NCBI GenBank assembly: GCA_977018835.1
Contig: OZ361257.1
Coordinates: 1,302,001 to 1,366,000 of the forward strand
Direction of reading: 5' to 3'
DNA: 64,000 bases
Source: Minutocellus sp. GHC0000111
Lineage: Eukaryota
Position 1 is the stretch's first letter; every line of letters begins with the position of its first letter. The notes under the pieces are model-generated. The model was not told the DNA's origin. It did no database searches and worked only from the letters and a program-made list of their open reading frames with translations. Shown here piece by piece: positions 34,143 through 46,176 of this stretch. The translations under genes were made by a program, and so were the position numbers.

Positions 34143-36653
34143 ATGTCCCAAGCGGATACGCGGCCAGTCCCCGTCCAATCAGCCAGTATCGTTGAAAACA
34201 TGAGCGTGGCTTTACCACCGCGTGATGCATCGCCACGTCTCCTGACCGCCGACCAACAGGGCGGTTCGCATCCAGTCGTCGATGCCGCCGCCGTCTCTTC
34301 GGACCGGAAGGCGGCGAACAGTGATCATCTGTTGCCCGCGGAGGAACCATTGGCGTTGCCTCACGATGATGATAACGTAAGAAGTGGAAATACAAGTCCT
34401 GGTGAAAAGAAATTGGACGATGGCAGCACGAGTTGTGGCGCTGAGGACTGCGGAGGTTCGGCGGCGGCAGCGGCGGCACCATCATTTTCGGGTCAGCTGC
34501 AATCACCTGAGGCAGCAGAGTCACTGAACACACAGTTCAAGTTGTCTCTTGCGGATATGAAACCAAATCAGCTGCAGATTGAGGAGGAAAGTCCGGCAGT
34601 TACCATCATTACCAGCAATCGTCAGGCTGCTGCTGCGGGTACAGCTACCGGCACTTCTGCGGTCGCCGGTGCACATGTGGGTGGTGTCCCCAATTTGCCA
34701 GCGATGGACCATCCGACACGACATCATCAACCTCCGATTGGATCTACGACGAATCTATACGACCGACCATCTCTGCACCAGGTCCATGCTGCAAATAGTG
34801 GAGATGCATTTGCAGTTGGCAGTCCAAGCAAGCCTCCCGATATTACCTACTCGCACCGGCAGGTGGCAGCCGCAGCCATGATCAGTCCTCTGCACGCACC
34901 GATGGAGGTCTTGGGAGAAAACGATCAAGTTCCAGACATACCCTTGATCAATTCGCATTCCACCTCGCGGGATAATATGGCTGAAGCTGGTACGAACAGT
35001 GGTGGAATCTTCAACGCGGCCGGTAGGTCTCCTCACTCCTCGGTCAATTCTCTATCGACTCCGGCATCATCTCTGGGGTCGCAATCCGCCAGTCTTATGA
35101 GTAGCGTTGCCACGCCACCGGGATATATCCTTGCGGGGAATAGTGCTAGTGGACGGTACTATCGCAACAATTCTACCATGGCGGCTCAGAAGCCAAGAGT
35201 GTACTCCGCGATCGGAAGCCTGGAATCCCTCACCAGTCCAAGCAGTCTCAGTGCCAAAATTATGGCGTCGCAACAGCAACAGCAGCAGCAGTATCAGCGG
35301 TTGGCGACCGGTCCTATATTGCCCCCATCCAACTTGCGATCAACGCCAGTATCGACAGTGAATGAAGCCTCGGGCGGCATTGTCGTAGGTGGGTCGGCGG
35401 CCGCGGCAGGCAGTGCGACCGCCAATGTGTCTGAAGTTGGCAAAATGGGCGGAGGTAATCAGCCTTCTTTGTTGACACAGGCAGAGAAGAAGGGTGATCT
35501 TAAGCAAATACACCAGGATCATCTTCGACAATCCGGGACGAAAGAACGATCGAAGTCGGCCACCAAGACAGACGAGGACCCGGGAAAGAGTTCGAGCGAG
35601 AGACGGAGATCGAAGGGCAAGCTTAAGTCGTCTCTTCGCCGTCACTCGAGTGATGCAGTGAGTCATAAAGACAATCCAAATTCGACGAACGCCGCTGAAA
35701 GAAAGAAACGAAGCGGCAAGAAGAAAAGCAAGAAAAAGTCAGTCAAGATAGATACAAGTTCGACCAGAGTGATTCCGCCAAAACCTGCGGAAATGTTCCG
35801 TCCTTCATGTGACGCTTACACACCACGGATGGGACGGAAGAAGATTGAATACAAGCCAGCCGAACATCGAACGCCAGTACAGAAAATGTCCGGCTCAATG
35901 GGGACGATATCGAGGCCCAACTTTCGCGACGCCCTGCGACGAGTCGCCATGATCATCCAACAGCACGTGGTCAAGATCGAGCAGAGATTTGAATCCGGGG
36001 TGCACGGAGCGGACGATACAGGTTTGTTCCGCCAGTCCATGCGAGAAGCGTTCGCAGAAGAAAACTTCGTGACGCCTCGCTACAAGTGCACCGTCCTCCG
36101 ACTTCCGATGGGCCGCCCTGGGGTCATATATGGCCATCGAAAGATCAAGGTTGAGTACAAGATCCCGACTGTGGAGGAAATATATGACTTTGGTCACCAA
36201 CTATTCAAGGCAGTTCAGCTCTCTTCAGAGTGCTCGATTGTTTGTCTCATCTACGTAGAACGGTTGATGGAAGTAGCCAAGGTGCCTCTCTTGGCTGACA
36301 CTTGGAAACCAATCTTTATGGCAGGCGTCCTGCTTGCAAGTAAGGTTTGGCAGGATTTGAGTTCGTGGAACATTGAGTTTGCGAGCGTTTATCCACAATT
36401 CTCGTTGGATTCCATAAACCGATTGGAGCTACAATTTTTGAAGAGCGTCAAGTGGGATCTTTACATATCCAGCTCGCTCTATGCCAAGTACTATTTTGCT
36501 CTCCGCTCGCTCTTGGAAAAGCAGGACTTTAGACAAAAGTATGCCCGCATGACCGGTGTCGGGGGGGTGACGGCCTCGGAAGCCATGAAAGTGCAAAAGC
36601 GTACAGAGCGTGTGAAGGAGGAGGCTTTGATACAGCTGAGCCGAAGTATGTAG
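34143..36653 (+). CDS. Cyclin (cyclin Y-like C-terminal cyclin box) with long disordered N-terminus
   Basis: QLSSECSIVCLIYVERL, LLASKVWQD, INRLELQFL, SSSLYAKYYFALR. Confidence 0.87.
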   Translation: MSQADTRPVPVQSASIVENMSVALPPRDASPRLLTADQQGGSHPVVDAAAVSSDRKAANSDHLLPAEEPLALPHDDDNVRSGNTSPGEKKLDDGSTSCGAEDCGGSAAAAAAPSFSGQLQSPEAAESLNTQFKLSLADMKPNQLQIEEESPAVTIITSNRQAAAAGTATGTSAVAGAHVGGVPNLPAMDHPTRHHQPPIGSTTNLYDRPSLHQVHAANSGDAFAVGSPSKPPDITYSHRQVAAAAMISPLHAPMEVLGENDQVPDIPLINSHSTSRDNMAEAGTNSGGIFNAAGRSPHSSVNSLSTPASSLGSQSASLMSSVATPPGYILAGNSASGRYYRNNSTMAAQKPRVYSAIGSLESLTSPSSLSAKIMASQQQQQQQYQRLATGPILPPSNLRSTPVSTVNEASGGIVVGGSAAAAGSATANVSEVGKMGGGNQPSLLTQAEKKGDLKQIHQDHLRQSGTKERSKSATKTDEDPGKSSSERRRSKGKLKSSLRRHSSDAVSHKDNPNSTNAAERKKRSGKKKSKKKSVKIDTSSTRVIPPKPAEMFRPSCDAYTPRMGRKKIEYKPAEHRTPVQKMSGSMGTISRPNFRDALRRVAMIIQQHVVKIEQRFESGVHGADDTGLFRQSMREAFAEENFVTPRYKCTVLRLPMGRPGVIYGHRKIKVEYKIPTVEEIYDFGHQLFKAVQLSSECSIVCLIYVERLMEVAKVPLLADTWKPIFMAGVLLASKVWQDLSSWNIEFASVYPQFSLDSINRLELQFLKSVKWDLYISSSLYAKYYFALRSLLEKQDFRQKYARMTGVGGVTASEAMKVQKRTERVKEEALIQLSRSM

Positions 36654-36883
36654 TTCGAACCTCCTACCTACCGTACTACGTAGGTACATTCTTTCTAATA
36701 CCGATCGGTGGAATAAAAACGCGAGGAGGACAGCGGAGGAATGATGTAGCCATTTGCTCGCGCGTTGAAAAGCACCGATACGTACACTAATTTTGTATAT
36801 TTAGATTTGATACAATTGCAGCAGTATTTCAATCTTCCTTCTTACAATAATAAGTTGCAACTCTTTACGACAATCGCAGAATC

Positions 36884-39800
36884 TTATTCGTCATTGTCGC
36901 TGTCACTATCAGAGGAGGACGATTCGCTTTCGCTTTCGCTCTCACCCACCGTGACGACCTCCTCTTTCTCGACGTCATTATCGCTTCCCTCGCCCTGAAG
37001 TTGTTTTCTCTTGATAGCACCGACGGCGACTGTTCCGCCTACTTGAATCTTGCCATCGACTTGCGTTGGTGGGAGAACCAATTTCTTATCTTGGTTGGCC
37101 TCCCACGTGGAATAGTCTTCAGCAATGCTGTCGTCCATGTTCCCCATAGACATCAGCGTGTAGTCAATGAGATAGGAGCTCGTGTAAAGCTTGTCGAGGC
37201 GCTGGAAATGCCTCTCGGCGTAAGGCATGATACCAGCCATCAGTTCCGGGATGCCATCTGCGGCGGCGAGAGTCTGTGCTGGGATTGAGGTCACAATGGC
37301 CTTTACGGTAAGCATAGCCACGTGTGAATTTCGGGCGCGAGTGTTCCAGTCTCTGCAATATCGGAGAACTTGGGTTGTTCGACTTATTGGCCAGCTCTTG
37401 ACGTGTTCTTTGAGTGTAGACATGCTGTTTTGGCCCTTCTGAACGTCATTCTCGATTATCGCTGTAAGTACCTTGAGAGCTTGTCTTGGTTTGTCGAGCT
37501 CTAGGGCAATCTCTAGAGCCTTTTCGTACTCCTTGAACCTTAAGTGATTCGACAATCTCTGCTCCATAAGAATGTTCTTCTCCTCCTCATCGCGTTTTGC
37601 ATCCTCGAGTTCCTTTGTGGTATCGTTCCAGACAATGATTCTGGAATCAGCACCTCCCGAAACGAATGTAGTACCATCTTGGTGCAGATCAAGAGCCCAG
37701 ACCTTGTCGTTGTGGCCATCCATTGTGGCTTCACATTCGTTGGTTCGGATTGTCCAGAGTTTGACAAGACCATCGGCGCCAGATGACATCAATTGAAGGC
37801 CTCCGCTGAGGAAACGGACTCGGAGGGTACTTGCCGCGTGTCCTTGGAAGGTACGGACGCAACTCAAGTCAGACAGAGACCACAGCTTGACAGTGCGATC
37901 ACCACTGCATGTTGCCAGGACCCTATCGAAGGGAGAGAACTGGCAGTCCCAGACTCCTCTCTTGTGGCCTCTGATTGTGCCCCGGAGACTAAGGTCGGAA
38001 GAATTCCACAGCTTGACTGTCTTGTCCTGACTTCCTGTTGCCACCAAGGAATCATTCGGGGCCACACTGACGATGTTGATATCCTTCTCATGCGCTCGGA
38101 CACTGTTGAGAGAGCGGAGGCTAAGCTCTTCCCCATCCTTTGCGGCAGCACAGGCATCCAGCTCGGATGAACCAGGAAGAGCCCAACGCTTCAGGGTCCG
38201 ATCCTTGCTGGCGGTCAGTGCAAAGGCTCCACCACCGTTCCGAGCTGATTTGCCGCCCACATCGTACCGACCAATCTTACGTGACAGCGCCGACGCTCCA
38301 ATGGCCTCGGTGTGACCGGTGGCAATCGCTACGCACTTGCCAGCTTCGACGTGCCAGAGCCTCATTGTTTTATCCTTTCCGCAACTAGACAGGTATCGGC
38401 CGCAGGGACTCACCTGTATCGGCCGCAGGGACTCACCTCAATACTGAGGACGGTCTCCGTATGTCCGTCAAGGACGTTGCATGAGTAAGTCCCGAGCTCG
38501 AAGATTCGGATCTGAGCGCTATTGGTAGCGACGGCAACCTTTTGCAGTGACGATGAGGCATCAAAATCGTCTCTGCCTCCCTCGTCCCTGGTAGATATCG
38601 AAGGTATGACTCTCAAATCAAGAATTTCGTCATTGTGACCTACAATGGTCCGATCCATACGCAATACGGCTTTTCCTTCCACGATGGCGTCTGCGCCCGT
38701 TGCAGTTCGGCCCTCGAGATTTAGGAACGACATGTTGTGCTCAGCGTCGATCGCAATCAGTTCCTCGGGGCAGTGTGATGAGGCAGAAACTCGGAGGCGA
38801 TTCTGGTGAGACGTCCTTAAGAGGCCCATGTAGCCTCCTCTTTTCTCGCCAAAGGCACTTCGTGCATCTTGCTCGGCGACGCACTCAAAATCGCTGACTG
38901 AGGGATGTCTAGAATCCTCGAAACCGTCCTTGGCGTCAACCATGGATGCTCTCCAAACCCTTACTACACCCTTGGACCCAGCAGTTGCGATGACAATGTC
39001 AGTATTGACCAAGTCAGGGTGGTAATGATAGTAGTGAGGTAAGACGACCATCCCCTCGATTTGTTCATAAACGGGAAGAGTGCAGATGCGTCTGTACACA
39101 GTCTTTGTTGTGGTTGGCGCCAATGATCCTCCATCCTTTCGGCGCTTCTTCTTCTTTCTGCTACCTTGGTTGCCAGTAGAAGCACTATCGACAACTTCCT
39201 CCTCGATACTCCAGGTATTGATAATGGCATCGCGTCCAGCAGTGACAAAAAGTCCTCGATCTTTTCCGGCCCAAACCATGCAAGTGACGGCGCTGACGTG
39301 ATCAGTAGTCCTTACAATGGGAACATCCGAAGTCTCGGATCTCAAATCATGGAGAGAAATCGAACCGTCTTCTCTGCCGATGGCAAGGATGAGATGCGTA
39401 GCGTCGGGCTGCCAAGCCAATCGCGACACGGCCGATGCTCCGCCTCTTCCACCAGCGGGAGGGCGAAAGGAGTGAGTGGCATATCCACCTCGAAGGTCCC
39501 ACACCTTGACGGATCCGTCGACGGATCCGGTTGCAAAGAAGATGCCACTGCAGTGGAACTCGATGTGAGTCACCGGAAGATCGTGGCCAGACCGGCCAAT
39601 CGTCCTGCGGACCTTGGCGGGTCCCTCCCCCAGCTCTCCTCCGTAGGACGAAGCTGAACCGGACAGATCGTATTGGCGAAGGATGGAATCGCGACTGCAA
39701 ACGATGAGATCGGTATCGTTGGGAGCCAGAGCGTAGGCCGTGAGAGCATCTCGGTCCATAGCTCCGTCGTCGTCATCGTCATCGGCCATGGCGGCCTCGT

Positions 39801-40275
39801 CGTAGTTGGCGATGGAAGCAGTCGCAGCGTGGGAGGTCGAGCATCCAGTCCGAAGCGTCCGAGCACGTACGCCTCGAGTAGCATCGATCAAGGACAGATC
39901 ACCGCCACATGGAGCGAGGAGGAACGGCTTCTCGGCGTCGTCACCTTCTGCTGTGCCGGCAGACTTTTGGTCGCCTTCGTCATCCGCATCCTTCATAATT
40001 GCATCGTCGTCTCCATCAGCAGAAGCGGCAACATCTTTGCGCCCGTACAAATTCTTGGCGCCTCGTCCTCGGCAGAGCACGACCTTCCCACCGGTGTAGG
40101 AGTGCACATGCGCCGAGGATACTGCCCACGATTTCGACAGCGTGGGTGCAGCATTCAGCTTGGCAGCCTCGTCTTCGTCGCCGTGCTGCTGGCCCTGAAC
40201 ATCGACATCATCACTGCCTGCCATATCCTCTGGACTGGCCTCGTAAACGATTCTCGGCCCGCTGACAGATGACAT
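36884..40275 (-). CDS. UTP13: U3 snoRNP WD40 protein UTP13/TBL3; interrupted by a 23-bp duplication (38393-38438)
   Basis: YTGG, GHNDEILD, VAVATNS, AHEKDIN, GHKRGVW, Utp13 C-terminal DWNTRARNSHVA...PYAERHFQRL. Confidence 0.92.
38393..38438. repeat. Perfect 23-bp tandem duplication; forms candidate intron 38414-38436 (minus strand)
   Basis: GTATCGGCCGCAGGGACTCACCT x2. Confidence 0.97.
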
Positions 40276-40609
40276 GATGAAATGCTGATGTTGGTCGAGA
40301 GTTTTTATGCTGAATGACAGAAATACTCTCTCAAGATACAAAGTGTGCTCGTCGGAATATTCTCTTGTGGTGGCTCTTCCTGTGAAGTGGCAGCTTCTAC
40401 TGCTGCTGCTGCCGCTATTGGTATGCTGGTAGGCCTTGCCTGATCTTTGATCTCTTCTCGCACGCCGTCCGCTCGACTCGATTTCAGTGGACGGCCAGCC
40501 GCCAGCCGCCATGGCCGCCATGTCGTGGCGGAGGACAGACGCACCCTTGCTACGTACGTACGCGTACGTTCTGCAACTCTTTTCTTTTTAGAGTAATTGT
40601 TAAGAGCTA

Positions 40610-41574
40610 TGTTGTGACATCTTGTGAGAGCGCCGGCCGACCCTCAAAAATGGTCAAGTGTGAGCTGGCACATCCCGTACGTCACTGGCCTGCAACCAAT
40701 GAGGTGCGTCACTCATTTTCCCGCCATTTTTTGAATTGCCCGGCCGACCGACAAGCAAAGTGCCGATGCACTTGCAAAAGCGCCAGCAGGATGCAAACGC
40801 TCCTTGAGGCAAACTTCCGGAGGCATTTTCGACATGCTGTGCATGTCGAGTCCATCCCTTGGTGGCACGCGATGTTTCGCGATGAGCACTTCGCACAAAG
40901 TTGTGCTCATTTTTCCAGCATCACTCAGTCCACCAAGGTAAGCATCGTTGTCTCCGTCATCATGTCCAAGCCCAACCCTACCCCTCCCCCCAAGCCCCTT
41001 CCCCTCCAGCCCCCTCCCGTCCTCCCTTCTCCTCCGATCCGCCGTTCCGACACTCCCGTCCTTGGGCGCAACCTCGAAAACGCGATGGTCTTCGCCGCCC
41101 TTGCCGACCACGTCGAGGCCAATCTCAGCGACGACGAGTCCAAGCCTGCTGCTGTCGTGAAGTCGGAGCGCCCATCGTCAAGTCGGAGCCCAACGGTGGT
41201 GTCATCGACATGGACACCGACACCGGTTCCAACGAGTCCGACAACACCAAGCCCGCTGGTGAGGGGAGGGAGTGGGAATGTGCAGCCTTCCTGAAGACGG
41301 AGACGTGGAAGATGAGGCTGGCGGAATGGCGCGACGATCTTTTTGCGCCCCGGAAGCAGATTTGCTTCCGGAAGGAAAGTCGCCGGAAGTTGGACTCGAC
41401 CATGAAACTGCGTAGAATTCGCACCTTTGACTAGTTCGACTGAGGAAATCGGCCATTTTTGTCGCTTTGACCATTTTTGAGCAAGGACCGGCTCGCAGTT
41501 GTAGCAAAAACATCCAGCGACGAATATTGAGTTTCTGACTATTTTTGGATTTTTTCCTTCTTTTTCACACAACA
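40610..41574. mobile_element. Probable degenerate transposon-derived insertion with inverted ends
   Basis: TGTTGTG...CACAACA ends, perfect 15-bp subterminal inverted pair (40643-57, 41467-81), broken Pro-rich ORF inside; no clear TSD. Confidence 0.45.
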
Positions 41575-41660
41575 TGTACTCCATACATGCACTACGTAGC
41601 TAGTACTAGACTAGATCTAGCTACGTAGTACACTTGCACACTGTAAGAACCTCCAATAAA

Positions 41661-42904
41661 CTATGACTTATTGGCCTGCCGAGCTAATACTGCCTCGGTA
41701 AGCAGGGTAGCAACTCTTTGTTGGTTCGAAAATGCTGCTGGCGCTCCTCCTCTTTGAACTCCACCGGCCGAACCCCTGTGATTGCTTTTCTCCCCAGGTG
41801 TTCGAACAGAATCCACCACATACCGAGTCTTTTGAATGTGCAAGGAATCCATGGAGGATCTCATCTCGATCTCCACATCTTCAATCATTTTCCCAATGTT
41901 GGCAATGTGCTCGGCACCGTCGAGGCCGTTGGTCGAAATGGATAAAACTCGATCTGAACGTTTGGTCAATGATCCCGAAATGCATGTTCTGCCGCTCCCA
42001 TCCGTCGCCAAGGACGAAGTGTTCGGTCCATAATCAGCGAAATCGTTGTCGTCATGCCATACGATGCTGTCCGTCCCTCTGGCGATGGAATCACCTCCAC
42101 GACGTGAACGCTGTTCCAGGTAGCCTTGCGCAGGTACTGATCAGCCTCTTCCTCCTTGATCTCCTTCTTGATGAGAAAGGCACCGGCAAATCCTCCGCCA
42201 CGTTCTCCATCACCACCGTCAGCGTCAGCACCCTCTCGATCCCAAAGATACACCGATGCAACCGACGAATCACCGCTGCCATAGAACAGTGATCGGTACG
42301 AATCAAACACCTCGTTGGCCATTGTCTCCACTTGTCTCAGCTGAGGTGAGGGTTGGAATCCGTCGCTTTCGATGGGTGGGTAGTAGACGTTGCTCCAGGG
42401 AGATCGGTGGCTATCGCCGTCTCGATTGTAGTCAGATATGATGAATGCCTTCTTGCTCGTCGTCGTTGGGATTCCTCCGTTTCCCCCTACCCTCTTGGCT
42501 ACAGTGGCGGCAGGGTCAACGGCATGGCCGAGGGGTGGATCAGACCTCTGATACAGCTCCTCGGCAGCATCGGCGTCGACCGCAGATGAGAGGAGGGAGG
42601 CTAGGCCCGCAATATTCTGAGAGAGGTAATGAATAGAGTGGGATGTGTTAGTGGGATACGTAGTAAGAGAGGGTAGAGCAGCCTGATAGCATGGCCAGAG
42701 CAAAAAATACCCCGTGAGAGCGCGGCGAAAACAGCAGCATTTAAAATCTTGCAGTGTGCATGGTGGCTGTATCTTTGACCTCCCAAATCATCGATAGGTA
42801 TCTTGCAATCTCACCTCCTCCGCATCTTCTGTTGGCATCCGGCGCAGGATGTTGAGGCAGGCGACCAGCCTCTCGTCGCACCCGGCGTCGTTCTCCGCCG
42901 CCAT
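41661..42904 (-). CDS. CAPZB: F-actin capping protein beta subunit; intron 42617-42834; apparent -1 frameshift at ~42025
   Basis: CLNILRRMP, DYNRDGDSHRSPWSN.YYPP, SVYLWD, GFAGAFLIKK, WNSVHV, SGSLT, HIANIGKMIEDVE. Confidence 0.9.
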
Positions 42905-43232
42905 GGTTGCAGAAACTGCCTGCTGAGACTGCTCGTGCGTGCGGTTACCGGCGTTGTGGCGCAAACCGCCACCGCGCGCCGGCCGGCCACCTGAAGCAGG
43001 ACCTGCTCGCTCACTCGCCGCCGTAAACCACGCAGCTCTGCCTTCCCGAGAAAATCCTCAAAGAACTCGAACATCAAAGTGCCAATCGAAGGGAGAATTT
43101 GATATGAGGTGAGGACTCCAGAGGATTGCTAGCCGAATTGAACTAATGTGATATTTCGTCTCATTGCTACGTCTAATATTCTAATATAATATGATCGTTC
43201 TTTGCTTGCATCTTTCGCTCTTTCTCGCATGC

Positions 43233-44352
43233 ATGGCACACCAGCCGCCGACAGAAAGACCCGCCGGATGCTGACACCTCGAGCCGTGGAGTCCAGGCAC
43301 CTCTCCATCAGCAGCAGCAGCAACAGCAGCTGATTCCGCAGCAGCCAGGTCCAATTCAGGCAACGCTGGAAATGTGCGTCTATTGTTATGAAACCATATT
43401 GGCGCATCTTGTTCCGTCCTCGTCGGCGGCAGACGTCGGTGGTGGCACCACGTACTCCAGAGCCGCGGCAGACTTCCTCCGGTCCATACCAATATGTGCG
43501 GAATGCCCGATCTTTGTGACGTGGGATAAGGTTCGAAGACCGACACCACCGTCAAGCCGAGCGTCGTCTTGGCTATCGGGCGGCGGGAGTAGTAATCATG
43601 CCACGAGCAGAAGTAGCAGTGGTACTTCCACTCCAGCAACCGGCGATGAGCAGGATTCGCAGAAGCAGCACGATGAGGAGGATGTGGACTTTGAATTGCG
43701 TGGGTGTATCGGAACATTGGCTCCGAGACCTTTGCGCACGGCCATTGGAGAATTTGCCCTTACCAGCGCCTTTCGCGATGGACGATTCAACCCTATTGCC
43801 AAGCATGAGCTCCCACATCTGAGAGTTGCTGTGAGTTTGCTCGTCAACTACGAAGAGTGTAGACATGTTCATGACTGGGTGATTGGCGTCCATGGTATCA
43901 TCATAACGTTTCGACATGGATCGGCAGACTACAGTGCCACATACTTGCCCGAGGTGGCACAAGAGCAGGGGTGAGTGAGCAACATGTGTCATGTGTTCTT
44001 GTACTTGTTGTTCTGGTAGATCTTTTTTAACCTTTGCTCTTGTTACATTTGAATATCTGTACGTAGGTGGAATCAAGAAGAGGCAGTCACGTCTTTAATA
44101 CGAAAGGCGGGATTCTATGGTGAGATTTGTGCCAATCTGCTTCGTGGGGTGCAGTGTACTCGCTACCAGAGCTCAAAGAGAAGACTGACGTGGAATGATT
44201 ATGTATTGATTCAAGGTAGAGATCCTCTTGCTCAAGCGACGTCTTCTTCTCCGAGCAATCAAGATGGTCAAAGAAATAGTGGCACTGCGAGTGGTGAGGC
44301 ATCTTCATCGTCGGGAGGACGGCCAAATCGATGCCCATTCTTTCCGTGGTGA
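43233..44352 (+). CDS. AMMECR1: AMMECR1-family protein; intron 43971-44066; start at 43372, or at 43233 via +1 frameshift
   Basis: CPIFVTW, LRGCIGT, SAFRDGRFNPI, ATYLPEVAQEQG|WNQEEA, RKAG, RYQS. Confidence 0.9.
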
Positions 44353-44881
44353 TAGATCAAAGGGGTGCCGGTCTGATCTCTGGCTAGCTACAGTCCTGTG
44401 TAGCTTTGTACAGTAGCTAGGGTGCGTCATGCATTTTATAGCCAAAGACTGAGTAGTCTAGGAATTTCCTACATGTTGTCTAGCTAGCTAGCTACGTAGC
44501 TAGAGCTGCACTGGCGGGTACAGAGAAATTTCTCTAAGATGCACGTTAGGCTTACAGGTGTCTCTACCGGTAGGTCTAGCATATCTGCGAGATATCTGCG
44601 GTCTTTGGTCTATTTGATCTACAGCATGGCGCCGGCCCTTTAGGAGACAGCTCCGGAGCTCTCCGCCAAGTGATGGGATGGATGGCATCCGCTCCGGCTC
44701 GCTCTCGGCTTTCGGCTCGCTCCTCGTGGGCTCTCGCGGGGGCGGGGGGCCGGCCGGCCATTTTAATTAGGTCTGTCCGTCGCCAAGTACCACCCCTGCA
44801 CGCACCCTGCCTGCTTCATCGCCTTCGCTCCCGGTACTGCATCTGTCTCTACCAATATCAATACCACGAACCACGAGTATC

Positions 44882-46033
44882 ATGTCGTCCTCTGAGGCAC
44901 CACCGTCCAACGCGAACGAGGGCTGCGTTGGCCCACAGTCTGAGGATGCAGGCAAGGCATCTGCCTGCGCTGGCTGTCCCAACCAATCTGCCTGCTCGTC
45001 TGGCAAGTTCAGCAGTCCCGAAGCCGTGGCGGCCCAGCAAGCCGAGGCCGATCAGATCCGGGCGGCCCTGTCCAACGTGTCGCATGCCCTCCTCGTCCTT
45101 TCGGGCAAGGGAGGCGTTGGTAAGAGCACCGTGGCCTGCCAGATGGCATGGACGTTGGCGTCGCGGGGCTATTCCGTCGGCGTTTTGGATGTCGACATAT
45201 GTGGCCCGTCCGCGGCCCGAATGCTCGGTGCGACTGGCCAGACGGTCCATGCCAGCGGTACCGGCTGGACTCCCGTCTACGTTTCGCCCAATCTGGCGGT
45301 CATGTCGGTATCCTTCCTCCTCCCCGATGCCGATGCTGCCGTTGTGTGGAGAGGACCGAGGAAGAATGGCATGATCAAACAGTTCCTCACCGAGACCGTT
45401 TGGGATGATGATGGGCTGGATTATCTCATCATTGATACACCTCCTGGAACGTCCGACGAGCACATTAGCACCGTTCAATACCTTCAGGCAGTCGGGGGGG
45501 TCAGTGGTGCCGTTGTGGTGACGACTCCCGAGGAAGTTTCGCAGGCAGATGTGCGCAAGGAGCTCAACTTCTGCGTCAAAACTAAGGTTCGTGTTGTGGG
45601 CGTTGTGGAAAATATGGCGACATTCCGCACCAAGGTTTCTTCTCTGGGATTTCGAAAGCCTGCGGCGGCTGGTGGCGACAGCGGTGGTGGTGATGGAGAT
45701 GGCACCGCCGATTGTACGGAGGAGGTCATCAAGACATTGCAGGAGAAATGTCCAGAGATTATTGATCTCATGGCCACGGCCGATGTATTTCCCTCGAGTG
45801 GTGGTGGGCCTCGGGGCATGGCGGAGCAGTTTAATGTTCCCTATTTGGGTGGGCTGCCCCTCGATCCAAACCTATTAAAGTCGTGCGAAGATGGCAAGTG
45901 CTTCGTGGAGACCTACTCGGACAGTTCTGCGGCAGGGCCACTCAATGCACTTTGTGATAAACTCGTCAAGGCACTACCGGTCGAGGAGGAAATGGATGCT
46001 GAGGCGATAAATCAACAGCTCATGGAAGAGTAA
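44882..46033 (+). CDS. NBP35: Cytosolic Fe-S cluster assembly factor NBP35/NUBP1
   Basis: N-terminal C-x13-CAGCPNQSAC, SGKGGVGKST, DVDICGPS, WRGPRKN, DTPPGTSDEH. Confidence 0.95.
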   Translation: MSSSEAPPSNANEGCVGPQSEDAGKASACAGCPNQSACSSGKFSSPEAVAAQQAEADQIRAALSNVSHALLVLSGKGGVGKSTVACQMAWTLASRGYSVGVLDVDICGPSAARMLGATGQTVHASGTGWTPVYVSPNLAVMSVSFLLPDADAAVVWRGPRKNGMIKQFLTETVWDDDGLDYLIIDTPPGTSDEHISTVQYLQAVGGVSGAVVVTTPEEVSQADVRKELNFCVKTKVRVVGVVENMATFRTKVSSLGFRKPAAAGGDSGGGDGDGTADCTEEVIKTLQEKCPEIIDLMATADVFPSSGGGPRGMAEQFNVPYLGGLPLDPNLLKSCEDGKCFVETYSDSSAAGPLNALCDKLVKALPVEEEMDAEAINQQLMEE

Positions 46034-46176
46034 TAAAATGAAAAACGAAGTAAGTGACAATATCGTTGCTACATTCTCTTATCTCTGTGCAGTTTGTCAT
46101 CGCTGTACATTGCAGCAGATAATTGTTTATTACTCTCGTTTCTCCAAGTGGTCTTTCTCCATCCATTGTTCCTTCT

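Noticed and set aside
40610..41574. Solo LTR call from TG...CA ends
   Set aside because: No 4-6 bp TSD (AGCTA vs TGTAC); kept only as an unclassified element
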